Of a stretch of DNA of 64,000 nt, positions 1 through 9,009 are shown piece by piece. Position 1 is the first letter of the stretch, and each line of letters opens with the position of its first letter. The stretch is from Cellvibrionales bacterium. GTDB taxonomy: Bacteria; Pseudomonadota; Gammaproteobacteria; Pseudomonadales; UBA7434. Made by a program: the position numbers and the translations under genes. The stretch covers positions 132,598 to 196,597 of the forward strand of contig JBGTQK010000004.1 in the NCBI GenBank assembly GCA_041941365.1. Direction: 5' to 3'. The notes beneath the pieces are model-generated. The model was given only the letters and a program-made list of their open reading frames with translations. It had not been told where the DNA came from and searched no databases.

Positions 1-299
1 ACGACTACTTCCTCTGCATACCCTTTAAACCGGGTCAGTGATAGTACGTTTTTGTTTAACCAGTTTGTATCGACCTCGGGGCCAACTTCACTGACTACAC
101 CACTTACTTCATAGCCAACTACGCAAGGTAGCGGAGGTGAGTCCGGATACAGTCCTTGTCTAGCCATGATATCGGCAAAGTTTATTCCGGCGGCTTTAAC
201 CTCAATTTTAACGTGCCCTACAGGAACATGTTTTGTAGGCACCTCTTTAATTTTTAATACATCGATGTCGCCGGCTTTTGTAATTACAATTTCACGCAT
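1..299 (-). CDS. Zn-dependent dehydrogenase / NADPH:quinone oxidoreductase family protein, N-terminal part (gene runs off the left edge)
   Basis: Hand translation of the minus strand from ATG at 299 gives MREIVITKAGDIDVLKIKEVPTKHVPVGHVKIEVKAAGINFADIMARQGLYPDSPPLPCVVGYEVSGVVSEVGPEV..., a typical MDR/Qor N-terminus. Absent from the ORF track because it is truncated. Confidence 0.6.
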   Translation of the reverse strand, partial: MREIVITKAGDIDVLKIKEVPTKHVPVGHVKIEVKAAGINFADIMARQGLYPDSPPLPCVVGYEVSGVVSEVGPEVDTNWLNKNVLSLTRFKGYAEEVV

Positions 300-555
300 G
301 CAAGTTACCAATCAGTTTATTACTTCATTGTTGGTTAATTCTGGTCTTCTGGCATTCTACCTCACCTGGTGAGTGAGTCGTTAATAGCATAATATGTCTA
401 ACTGATGCAAAAAGTATCCTGCATAATGAGCTTTGAGTTTGGTTTTGGTTCGTATAAATATTAAAACTATTTGGTATTTAAGGGATTTTTTCTAGGTGTA
501 TAAGGTCATATTTGGTTATTATCTCAACTTTTAATTCGGGCTTAAAACTTTTCTT

Positions 556-1521
556 ATGCAAGATTCTCGTCCCATATTACTCGCCAGTACAGATTTTCCT
601 TCTATTTCTCGTAGAGAACTCAATACGCTTCAGGTTAATCTGGGCTATCGCTGTAATTTAAGTTGTGTGCATTGTCATGTAAGTGCTGGCCCAAATAGAA
701 CAGAAGAAATGGTTAAAGAAACTGCAGATCTATTGTTGGAGGTGATAGATAAAAACAAAATCAAAACGTTAGATTTAACCGGTGGGGCACCAGAATTAAA
801 CGATAATTTTCGACGAATTGTTCAGTATGCCAGAAAACGTAATATAGAAGTGATTGATCGTTGCAACTTAACAGTATTGTTTGAAGATGGTCAACAGGAT
901 CTGGCAGAGTTTTTAGCACAGAATCAAGTAACGATTACAGCGTCATTACCTTGTTATGAAGAGGAAAATGTTAAAGAGCAAAGAGGTAAGGGCGTTTATG
1001 AGTCAAGTATTGAGGCATTACAGAAGTTGAATGCATTAGGCTATGGGAAGGAGGCGTCATTACAATTAAATCTGGTATATAACCCCGTTGGTCCTGTTTT
1101 ACCGCCTGCTCAAGGAAATCTGGAATCTGACTATAAAAAGCAGTTAGGAGACAAGTTTGGTATTGTGTTTAATCATTTGTTTACTATAACCAATATGCCG
1201 ATTCAGCGTTTTGGTGCAATTTTACTGGCTAAAGGTCAGTATGATGAGTATATGAACTTATTAAGAAATAATTATGCTGAATCGAATTTAAATGCATTAA
1301 TGTGTCGTGAGTTATTAAGTGTTGATTGGCAAGGCTATCTTTATGACTGTGATTTTAATCAGATGCTTGATATGCCAGTTTTATCTTTAAAAGGACCAGG
1401 CAGACCACATTTAAAAGATTTGCTTAATGATAATTATGTTGGAAATTCCATTAAAGTAGCAGACCATTGCTATGGTTGTACTGCTGGTAGTGGAAGTAGT
1501 TGTGGTGGTGCATTAAATTAG
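556..1521 (+). CDS. arsS: Radical SAM / Cys-rich domain protein, ArsS-like (arsenosugar-type rSAM family)
   Basis: CNLSCVHC (CxxxCxxC) radical-SAM cluster motif near the N-terminus. Cys-rich C-terminal tail CYGCTAGSGSSCGG, typical of the rSAM/Cys-rich (TIGR04167-type) family. First gene of a tight 3-gene operon. Confidence 0.75.
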   Translation: MQDSRPILLASTDFPSISRRELNTLQVNLGYRCNLSCVHCHVSAGPNRTEEMVKETADLLLEVIDKNKIKTLDLTGGAPELNDNFRRIVQYARKRNIEVIDRCNLTVLFEDGQQDLAEFLAQNQVTITASLPCYEEENVKEQRGKGVYESSIEALQKLNALGYGKEASLQLNLVYNPVGPVLPPAQGNLESDYKKQLGDKFGIVFNHLFTITNMPIQRFGAILLAKGQYDEYMNLLRNNYAESNLNALMCRELLSVDWQGYLYDCDFNQMLDMPVLSLKGPGRPHLKDLLNDNYVGNSIKVADHCYGCTAGSGSSCGGALN

Positions 1522-1539
1522 ACTTCTGATAGTTTAAAG

Positions 1540-2235
1540 ATGCTGAGTATAATCGTTCCTGTATTCAATGAAGAAGCAACCGTAGAACAGTCAATTTCAC
1601 AATTAGCTGACATGCTTTTTTTATCTGGTATTGATGTTGAGTTAGTTGTAGTTGATGGTCAGAGTTCAGATCGTACAGTGAATAGGTTAAAATCGTTAGT
1701 AGATAAATCTTCTCTATCAATAAAGCTTGTTCAATCAAAAAAAGGGCGTTCGATTCAGATGAATACCGGAGCCGAATCTAGTAAAGGAAGTATGTTGTTA
1801 TTTTTGCATCTGGATTCTTTTTTGCCTGATTCTTTTTTGCAGTCAATAAAAGAGATTGAGCAGCAACAACCGGTTTGGGGATTTTTTAAATTAAAGTTAT
1901 CTGGAAAAAAAACCGTATTTAAATTAATCCAGACATTTATAACATGGCGCTCATGCTTAACTTCTGTTGCTACTGGTGATCAGGCTTTGTTTGTAAAGCA
2001 AGCTCAATTTGAATCAATGGGTGGTTATGCCGATATTGCACTTATGGAAGATGTTGAGTTAAGTAAACGTTTACGCAGGTTTGCCAAACCGTTTATTCCA
2101 TCAGGTTATCTTGTTACATCAAGCCGTCGCTGGCAAAAAAAAGGTGTTATGAAAACAGTGCTGTTAATGTGGCAGTTGCGCTGGCTTTATTGGTTGGGGT
2201 TTAATCCTCAATTTTTAGTTAAACGTTATTATTAG
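1540..2235 (+). CDS. Family 2 glycosyltransferase-like protein (partner of ArsS-type rSAM, TIGR04283-like)
   Basis: N-terminus MLSIIVPVFNEE is typical of the GT2 fold, with a D-x-D-like region (FLHLDSF). Lies 18 bp after the rSAM gene. Confidence 0.7.
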   Translation: MLSIIVPVFNEEATVEQSISQLADMLFLSGIDVELVVVDGQSSDRTVNRLKSLVDKSSLSIKLVQSKKGRSIQMNTGAESSKGSMLLFLHLDSFLPDSFLQSIKEIEQQQPVWGFFKLKLSGKKTVFKLIQTFITWRSCLTSVATGDQALFVKQAQFESMGGYADIALMEDVELSKRLRRFAKPFIPSGYLVTSSRRWQKKGVMKTVLLMWQLRWLYWLGFNPQFLVKRYY

Positions 2236-2247
2236 TAACAGGTAGTT

Positions 2248-2895
2248 ATGAATCATAAAAACAAAAGCTTGAATGTCATTATTCAAATGACTAAAGCACC
2301 TGAGCCTGGCTATGTTAAAACACGATTGATTTCTCATTTGGGTGAGTGGGGGGCTCTTCGATTACATAAACGTCTAACAGTTTATATAAGTAATCAGTTA
2401 AAAGCGATAGATTGCAATTATAAGATTTATTGTGATGAGCCAGAACATCCTACAATAAAGGAAATGATGAAAGAAGCTGGGTATTTAAACAAAGTTTATC
2501 AGCAGATAGGAAAAGATTTAGGGGAGAGGATGCTGAATGCTATAATTGAGTCACTTGCTTTTTCTGGTGATTCAGGTACCCAAAAAGTAGCAATTATTGG
2601 TTCTGATTGTCCCTTTATTGATGAAGCAATAATAAATACAACGTTTGGTGCGCTTGATCATCACGATATAGTTATTGTTCCAGCAGATGATGGTGGTTAC
2701 GTTTTAATTGCAATGAAAAAAGCTTATCCACAGTTTTTTTCTGATATGCCTTGGGGTACCCATCAAGTTTGCGAAAAAACATTATCTATAGCCGAGGATT
2801 TGGCACTCTCCGTTAAATTGCTTCCGGCATTACCTGATATCGATAGACCAGAAGACCTGGCTCAATTGCAGCTCATTGATTTTGTTATTGATTAA
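2248..2895 (+). CDS. DUF2064 / CofC-like nucleotidyl- or glycosyl-transferase-like protein (TIGR04282-like)
   Basis: The motif KAPEPGYVKTRL and the later GSDCPFI / ADDGGYVLI segments are characteristic of the DUF2064 family. Lies 12 bp after the GT2 gene. Confidence 0.65.
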   Translation: MNHKNKSLNVIIQMTKAPEPGYVKTRLISHLGEWGALRLHKRLTVYISNQLKAIDCNYKIYCDEPEHPTIKEMMKEAGYLNKVYQQIGKDLGERMLNAIIESLAFSGDSGTQKVAIIGSDCPFIDEAIINTTFGALDHHDIVIVPADDGGYVLIAMKKAYPQFFSDMPWGTHQVCEKTLSIAEDLALSVKLLPALPDIDRPEDLAQLQLIDFVID

Positions 2896-3476
2896 ATGCT
2901 GACAATACGTTGACCGTTACTCTGGCTTATAGAGCGTCCATTAGCACTATAAGTTTTTGCACTATAGGTTTTTGTAGCGCTAGTCTCTCCACGAAGAAGG
3001 TCAAGGTATTGATGAACATTATTTTGCATGCCTACAATAATTTTTTCATTAACGCTCATCAGTTTCTGGCAATCCAGTAATTGCTTATGAACTTCATCCC
3101 AAAGTTGCAGTAATGGAACATGGGAGAGCTGCGAAAGTTGCTTTATTACCTCTCGCCATGAGTTCGAAGAGTTTGCCTGATAACCATGTAATTGCAGATA
3201 TTGCGTTCTTTCCTGGTGCCTTTTTTCTATTTTTTCACTTAATTTTATTTTTTGCTCGGAGAGGGTTTTTAAGTTGTCATGATCTTGTTGTTCAAGGGCG
3301 GATCTTTCTAATTTAATCAATTCATTTATTTGGTTCAGTTCTATTTTGTCTTGTTGTAACGACTTTTGAATATCGAGTCCAACTATTTGTGGCCGGCGTT
3401 TTTGTGAATGAGCAGATGAAACTGACTTGGTATTCTGGTTGGCTTTACTATTGTTCGGGTTTTGTGATGATCTCAT
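2892..3476 (-). CDS. flgN: Flagellar export chaperone FlgN-like protein (with low-complexity N-terminal extension)
   Basis: Lies immediately downstream of flgM in the conserved flgA-flgM-flgN order. Gln/Leu-rich helical protein. GGAGA RBS 6 nt before the ATG. Confidence 0.55.
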   Translation of the reverse strand: MRSSQNPNNSKANQNTKSVSSAHSQKRRPQIVGLDIQKSLQQDKIELNQINELIKLERSALEQQDHDNLKTLSEQKIKLSEKIEKRHQERTQYLQLHGYQANSSNSWREVIKQLSQLSHVPLLQLWDEVHKQLLDCQKLMSVNEKIIVGMQNNVHQYLDLLRGETSATKTYSAKTYSANGRSISQSNGQRIVSI

Positions 3477-3568
3477 GTCTGGTCTCCACTATATAAAAAA
3501 TATATGCTATTTAATAGTTGAGAACACAGTATCGAAACTAGGAATGTGGAGAGGTTGTTTAGGCTAGG

Positions 3569-3874
3569 TTAAAGACTGCCGTTGTCAGCAATAATTTTCT
3601 CTGCCAGCTTGTTGACATCGACTACGTAGCTATTGTTGGCAATGCTTTCTCTAATGGCATTGACTTTAGCTTCGTCAACTTCTGGTTGTTCAAGAATAGT
3701 ATTTTTTAGAGCGTTTAACTTTTCTACTTCAGGGCTAAGTTTAACCGTATCCTGGTTGTTTGACTGATTTTGCTCATCAGTACTCGCAGGCTTTACTGTT
3801 TCGTTAGAAACAGATTCACTTTTCGAACTGTTGTTCGGGCGTGAAGGATTAATGTTGTTAAGATCTATAACCAT
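3569..3874 (-). CDS. flgM: Anti-sigma-28 factor FlgM
   Basis: About 100 aa, with a Ser/Asn-rich disordered N-terminus. C-terminus VDEAKVNAIRESIANNSYVVDVNKLAEKII matches the FlgM sigma28-binding region. Positioned between flgA and flgN. Confidence 0.85.
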   Translation of the reverse strand: MVIDLNNINPSRPNNSSKSESVSNETVKPASTDEQNQSNNQDTVKLSPEVEKLNALKNTILEQPEVDEAKVNAIRESIANNSYVVDVNKLAEKIIADNGSL

Positions 3875-4043
3875 AATTAAATAAACATTCCAAAAAAAGT
3901 CCTTAATGCTGCTCTCTCACGATAAAAGTGCTTCGATATCTATGCTCCTGTCTATTGTTAATTTATAGCCGTTAATGGCTAATTGAGTTACACAAACAGA
4001 AGCAGTAAAAGCCGGATACGAGCGCTTAAAATACTTGATATAA

Positions 4044-4070
4044 GTATCGGCTATTTTTATGGAAACTTTA
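4044..4070 (-). promoter_or_regulatory. Sigma-28 (FliA) type promoter for flgM-flgN
   Basis: Minus strand reads TAAAGTTT-ccataaaaata(11)-GCCGATAC. The consensus is TAAAGTTT-N11-GCCGATAA. Sits about 170 nt upstream of the flgM ATG, in the flgA-flgM spacer. Confidence 0.75.
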
Positions 4071-4155
4071 GTTATTTGCATCTCAATTTTCCGGTTTTTT
4101 TACTACTACTGCCAGTTACCTTGCTTTGTTTTCTAAGCTATTGATTTTTAAAGAA

Positions 4156-4935
4156 CTACATCAGAGCCATAACATGCCCTGGCGCTGTGACTTTCGCTTT
4201 AATCTGTCGCTTGGATTGCTTGTTTTTGATTAATATCTGCTCGTCTTCACGCCCATCCTGAAGTGCTTCTCCCATCATTTTGACATTAATAGAGCCAATA
4301 CGAGCTTCGATAACAACATTATCTCCCCGTTTTATCAGCTTTTGCTTTCCAAGTATTCGAGTAGAAATGGGGCTATTGGCTGCTATGGGGCGTAGAGCAA
4401 TTTTCCCAATGACATTTTGGGGCTCTAAACCAATATGCTGGTTGCTGGAGCCAATGCGAATGTCCTCCATTCTAAAATCGCTTTTTTTGATGATTTCGTT
4501 TTTTGCAATATGCCTATTAGCCACAATGCCTTCTTGCCAAATTTCAATTTCAGCAGGAACGGATATTGCCCATGGCTTAATATCATCACAGCGAATTCGA
4601 ACAATAATTCGTTTGGCAAGAGTCTTATTGGACAGGGTATCTATCGAAAGCGGTTGTTCACAGTTGCGCAATTTAATACGACCATCGACAAAAACATTTT
4701 TTGTTGAAATGTGTTTTAGTTGTTGAGTTTCATTCATTAAAATGAGTTGGTTACTGTAACGTTCAACTTCTTCTTTTGTTAATTTAATGATGTCTTTTGC
4801 ATTTAAATAAGGTTTGGTTTGTTGACTTGTTAATTGGCTGCCTGTATTACTATGGGATACAGGTGTAATTAATAAGATGAATGTTACCAGTACAGTTAAT
4901 TTTTTCGTGGTAAGGGCGAATAAACTATTTTTCAT
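4156..4935 (-). CDS. flgA: Flagellar basal-body P-ring formation chaperone FlgA
   Basis: Signal peptide present. C-terminal SAF/FlgA motif IKRGDNVVIEARIGSINVKMMGEALQDGREDEQILIKNKQSKRQIKAKV. Divergent from flgB. Confidence 0.85.
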   Translation of the reverse strand: MKNSLFALTTKKLTVLVTFILLITPVSHSNTGSQLTSQQTKPYLNAKDIIKLTKEEVERYSNQLILMNETQQLKHISTKNVFVDGRIKLRNCEQPLSIDTLSNKTLAKRIIVRIRCDDIKPWAISVPAEIEIWQEGIVANRHIAKNEIIKKSDFRMEDIRIGSSNQHIGLEPQNVIGKIALRPIAANSPISTRILGKQKLIKRGDNVVIEARIGSINVKMMGEALQDGREDEQILIKNKQSKRQIKAKVTAPGHVMALM

Positions 4936-5003
4936 AATTAACAGGTTTTACCTTTATAAGTCATAAATACTGAATAGGTTGTTTAGCAATTATTTTATGA
5001 TTA

Positions 5004-5019
5004 TGCAAAGGCTATGCCT
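5004..5019 (-). promoter_or_regulatory. Sigma-54 type promoter (-24/-12) for flgA
   Basis: Minus strand reads AGGCATAGCCTTTGCA; the consensus is TGGCACG-N4-TTGCW. GG and GC have the correct 12-nt register. About 70 nt upstream of the flgA ATG. Confidence 0.6.
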
Positions 5020-5284
5020 GTTTCCTTAATGAGGAAAAAAACACTATTAATCTGTTTTTTTCTGTTTAGTGGTTAAAAAATAGATGTTTAATGATCTTTT
5101 TAAAGTATAAAAATATTTATCTGGTAGAAAATAATAGGCATCACCCTTTATAAAATATAATTTGTATATAACGTTGCCGAAAAGCGGCATGCTGTTGCCG
5201 GTTTGTTTTTTATTCTAATAATAAAAATAGATTTAGTTGCGTCTTTTTTCTCTAACTTTTTGAATTATATAAGGTTTATAGAAT

Positions 5285-5300
5285 TGGTACGGCCTGTGCT
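5285..5300 (+). promoter_or_regulatory. Sigma-54 type promoter (-24/-12) for flgBCDE...
   Basis: TGGTACGGCCTGTGCT against the consensus TGGCACG-N4-TTGCW, in the correct GG/GC register. About 78 nt upstream of the flgB ATG. Confidence 0.65.
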
Positions 5301-5377
5301 GTTACTTGGTGTAGATTGAAAATGTACGCTGTAGTTCAACGTAATAGTGACATTCAGTAAACAGGTTAGAGGTTTTA

Positions 5378-5797
5378 ATGACAGCAATAAGTTTTGAAAA
5401 CGCGTTAGGTATTCACCCTTTAGCAATGGAGGTTAGAACCCGACGTGCAGAAATGATTGCAAATAATCTTGCTAATGCAGAGACACCAGGTTTTAAAGCG
5501 AGTGATCTCGATTTTAAAAAGGTGTTAGGTGCCGCTTCTGAAAATGACTTTGTCGTTACTATGCAGCAGACTGACCCTAATCATATTGGAATAGTTAAAT
5601 TAGATTCTTCAGCAGAACAGTGGGTTGATGATGCAGTGTTTGAACGTCAAGCACTTCAGCCATCTCAGGATGGGAATACGGTTGACGTTCAGAGGGAGAG
5701 CGCTGAATTTACCAAGAATGCTCTCGATTTTGCTGCCAGCTTTCGTTTTTTAAATGGTAAGTTTTCAAGTTTAAGTAGAGCAATAAAGGGTGAATAA
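5378..5797 (+). CDS. flgB: Flagellar basal-body rod protein FlgB
   Basis: N-terminal rod motif ANNLANAETPGFKA, appropriate size, and first gene of the flgB-L series. Confidence 0.92.
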   Translation: MTAISFENALGIHPLAMEVRTRRAEMIANNLANAETPGFKASDLDFKKVLGAASENDFVVTMQQTDPNHIGIVKLDSSAEQWVDDAVFERQALQPSQDGNTVDVQRESAEFTKNALDFAASFRFLNGKFSSLSRAIKGE

Positions 5798-5805
5798 ATA
5801 AAGTT

Positions 5806-6258
5806 ATGAGTATTGTTAATGTTTTAGATATTGCTTCTTCTGGCATGGCTGCTCAATCAGTTCGAATGAATACCATTGCCAGTAATTTGGCTAATGCAGA
5901 AACAGTAGCTGGTTCATTTGAGGATGCCTATAGAGCATTAAGACCAGTCTTCGTCGAAAATAAAACAGATGTATTTACATCTCAATTGGAAGGAATTCTG
6001 GAAGGCAGTAATGAAGATGCCTTTTTAAATGGAGGGGTCAGCATCAAAGAAATAGTTAAGAGCGATAAACCTGTTTCTATGCGTTATGAGCCGGAACACC
6101 CCTTGGCAAATGAAGAAGGTTATATTTTTACCAGTAATGTTAATCCTGTAGAAGAAATGGCAGACATGATTGCGACACAACGCAGTTTTCAGATAAATGC
6201 TGAAGTAGCTAATACGGCAAAATCCATGACTCAGCGATTATTAACGTTAGGTCAGTAG
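5806..6258 (+). CDS. flgC: Flagellar basal-body rod protein FlgC
   Basis: ASNLANAETV at the N-terminus and the conserved C-terminus EEMADMIATQRSFQINAEV. Confidence 0.93.
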   Translation: MSIVNVLDIASSGMAAQSVRMNTIASNLANAETVAGSFEDAYRALRPVFVENKTDVFTSQLEGILEGSNEDAFLNGGVSIKEIVKSDKPVSMRYEPEHPLANEEGYIFTSNVNPVEEMADMIATQRSFQINAEVANTAKSMTQRLLTLGQ

Positions 6259-6304
6259 TAATGTTTGTAAGTGGAGAGTACAACTTTTTGAATGAGAAAA
6301 ACTT

Positions 6305-6976
6305 ATGAGTGAGATAGATCTAAGTACCAACCCGTTAATTCAAAGTTTATCGGTCAATAAAAATGAAGCACCTAAGGAAGATGAGTTAGGTCAGGATGCA
6401 TTTTTGCGACTTATGATAGCCCAGTTGGAAAACCAGGATCCATTAAGCCCTCAGGAAAATGGCGAATTTATCGCGCAGCTTGCTCAGTTCAGCTCTGTCG
6501 AGGGAATCACAAACCTGAATAATTCAGTGACTGATCTGGTCAGCGAGTTTCGTTCAAATCAGGCGCTGGAAGCATCGGCATTAGTGGGCAGGAAAGTTGA
6601 AACAGGAAGCAATAAAGGTAGGTTGATTGAAGATAGTTTCATCCAGGGCACTATTGAATTACCTGCTTCTACTTCAAATGTGAAGCTTATTGTTAAAGCA
6701 CAAAATGGTGCAGTTGTTAGAGTTGACGACCTGGGGCAACAAGGCCAGGGTGATGTTCCTTTCGCCTGGGGTGGTCTAAGTGATAACGATGAAATGCAGC
6801 CTCCAGGATTTTACACTATTGAAGCAAGCGCACTTATTAACGGAGAAACTGTAGCGATACCTGTCGGTGTTGCAGCTAACGTTAATAGCGTGTCTTTGGG
6901 TGCGGATAGAAACATGACACTGGATGTAGATGGTATAGGGCCAGTAAGTCTGGATGATGTAAAACGTTTTTTATAA
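6305..6976 (+). CDS. flgD: Flagellar hook assembly/capping protein FlgD
   Basis: FLRLMIAQLENQDPLSPQENGEFIAQLAQFSSVEG is the canonical FlgD N-terminal motif. Confidence 0.92.
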   Translation: MSEIDLSTNPLIQSLSVNKNEAPKEDELGQDAFLRLMIAQLENQDPLSPQENGEFIAQLAQFSSVEGITNLNNSVTDLVSEFRSNQALEASALVGRKVETGSNKGRLIEDSFIQGTIELPASTSNVKLIVKAQNGAVVRVDDLGQQGQGDVPFAWGGLSDNDEMQPPGFYTIEASALINGETVAIPVGVAANVNSVSLGADRNMTLDVDGIGPVSLDDVKRFL

Positions 6977-7061
6977 GGCGAAACGTTTCAAGTAAAGAAA
7001 GTATTTGATAGAAGAGCTTTATTAATTTTTAAATGAAATAGTAAAACAGAGGAGAGGCAAA

Positions 7062-8987
7062 ATGTCTTTTAATACTGCACTAACAGGGATACGCGCTGCC
7101 AATACAGACTTGGAAGTATCAGGTAATAATATTGCAAATGCGAGTACTGTAGGTTTTAAGGAATCGCGTGTGGAGTTTGCTGATGTGTATGCAAATTCTG
7201 TTGTGGGTTCGGGTACGAATGCTGTGGGTAATGGTGTCAGGGTTTCTGATGTCGCACAACAATTTTCTCAAGGGAATATCGGCTTTACGTCCAACCCTCT
7301 GGATCTGGCGATCAACGGCAGTGGTTTTTTTCTTTTGAATGATCAGGGCTCTCAGATATTTACACGTGCTGGCCAATTTGGTGTGAACTCAGACGGTTTT
7401 ATTGTTAATAACTCTGGAGCTATTTTGCAGGGTTTTATTGCAAATTCAGCAGGTGATATAGGTGGTGTTGCTACAGATATTCAGTTGGAAACAGTTAACA
7501 TAACACCTCAGCATACGACTAATCTGGAGATAGACTTTAACCTTGATCAGGGCGAATTACCGCCTGAGGTTCGTGGTAATACCCTGAATTCTAACGGTGT
7601 AGGTGTAGGTGTTGTTCAAGTCGGTTCTGCATTAAATGGTTATACAGCAGGTGCTCTGGATGTGAATGGCATAACTTATAATATTCCTTCATCTGCTGAT
7701 TTATCAGCTGGTGCTATTGTTGGTGAGTTATCTGCAATTCCGGAAGTGACTTCTGCTTCGGCTACAACAACAGTGACTTTTGCGTATACGCCTTCTTCAG
7801 GTACCGCTATAACCGGAGGTGAACTAAGAATTAACAACCAGTCTATAACAGGAATTAACATCAGTGATGTTGCTACCAGTATCAATGCGCTCACGGGTAT
7901 AACAGCCGTAGCAGATGTTCCTGGAGGAACTATCAGTATTGTTCATAATCAAGGGGACAATTTAAGTTTTGATTTAACCGGTGGGGCATCGGGTCTTTCT
8001 GTAGATATTAATGGTTCCACAATTCAGCAAGGTACAGCCAATGAAATAGCAACAGTTGGTGGTGCTATCTCATTGAATCTGGAAGATGGTATTACATTAA
8101 CTAACGGTACAAGTAATGTGTTTACAGCAACACCTATTACTACGCCTTTTGCTCAAAATACCTTTGATCCTAGTGATAGTGGAACCTATAACTGGTCAAC
8201 AACACAAAAGATCTTTGATTCTCTAGGCTCACTTCACAGCCTGGAATTTTACTTTGTAAAAGAACCTGCAGTAAGTGCTGGCGATAACACCTGGTCTATG
8301 TATGTACAGGTAGATGGGCAGGATGTTGGAGACCCGGATCCTAACGCAGCAGATCCTACGGCTGCAACTCGTGCGCAATATACGTTGAGATTTAATGAAG
8401 ACGGTGTTTTTGATTCAGTGAATAGTGATCAGGTTCTGGTATCCAACTGGTTGCCATTAGATGCTGATGGAAACTATAACGGTTCGTTCACACCATTAAA
8501 TGTCGCGAGTGGGGGTACTCTACCCATTGCGTTGCCGTCTACCAATTCTAACTTTCAAATTGATGTAAGTGGTGCTACACAGTTTGCCAGTGAAAGCACT
8601 GTATATGCAATTGACCAGAATGGTTTTCCTTCCGGCGAGCTTGCCAGTATTGATATCGATGAAACAGGGATTATTTTTGCCCGTTACAGTAATGGTGAGG
8701 CAGAAATACTGGGTCAGGTTGCATTGGCAGATTTCAGAAATCAACAAGGTTTAACACCGATTGGCGATACTAGCTGGGCAGAATCATTTGAGTCTGGCCC
8801 CGCAGTTATAGGCGCCCCACGATCTGCAACATTGGGGGCTGTGCAATCGGGAGCGTTAGAAGACTCTAATGTAGAACTTGCCGAAGAACTGGTGTCATTA
8901 ATTATTGCACAGAGGAACTTTCAGGCAAATGCCAGGACTATTGAAACCGCCAATGAAGTCACTCAAACAGTAATTAATCTCAGATAG
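7062..8987 (+). CDS. flgE: Flagellar hook protein FlgE (enlarged, 641 aa, with about 200 aa central insertion)
   Basis: N-terminus [33 protein letters not shown] and C-terminus [35 protein letters not shown] are canonical. The central region is Thr/Ser/Gly-rich. Confidence 0.92.
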   Translation: MSFNTALTGIRAANTDLEVSGNNIANASTVGFKESRVEFADVYANSVVGSGTNAVGNGVRVSDVAQQFSQGNIGFTSNPLDLAINGSGFFLLNDQGSQIFTRAGQFGVNSDGFIVNNSGAILQGFIANSAGDIGGVATDIQLETVNITPQHTTNLEIDFNLDQGELPPEVRGNTLNSNGVGVGVVQVGSALNGYTAGALDVNGITYNIPSSADLSAGAIVGELSAIPEVTSASATTTVTFAYTPSSGTAITGGELRINNQSITGINISDVATSINALTGITAVADVPGGTISIVHNQGDNLSFDLTGGASGLSVDINGSTIQQGTANEIATVGGAISLNLEDGITLTNGTSNVFTATPITTPFAQNTFDPSDSGTYNWSTTQKIFDSLGSLHSLEFYFVKEPAVSAGDNTWSMYVQVDGQDVGDPDPNAADPTAATRAQYTLRFNEDGVFDSVNSDQVLVSNWLPLDADGNYNGSFTPLNVASGGTLPIALPSTNSNFQIDVSGATQFASESTVYAIDQNGFPSGELASIDIDETGIIFARYSNGEAEILGQVALADFRNQQGLTPIGDTSWAESFESGPAVIGAPRSATLGAVQSGALEDSNVELAEELVSLIIAQRNFQANARTIETANEVTQTVINLR

Positions 8988-9009
8988 TAATAAATAGGAG
9001 ATTTGTTAG

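Noticed and set aside
166-372. 68-aa plus-strand ORF from the track
   Set aside because: It lies antisense to the much better supported quinone-oxidoreductase-like N-terminus, which I hand-translated on the minus strand (1-299). It has no RBS and no recognisable motif.
3113-4726. Plus-strand ORFs inside flgN and flgA (3113-3316, 4280-4726, 4435-4707) and the minus-strand ORF 4425-4619
   Set aside because: They are antisense or alternative-frame shadows of genes with clear FlgN-position or FlgA-motif support. Their composition is hydrophobic or low-complexity, and they have no RBS.
5157-5183. Possible sigma28 promoter (GCCGAAAA as -10) facing flgB
   Set aside because: The -10-like box is reasonable. 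The -35 region (TATAATTT or ATAATTTG) matches TAAAGTTT only poorly and with ambiguous spacing. The same GC-rich segment is better explained as a repeat or palindrome enhancer candidate.
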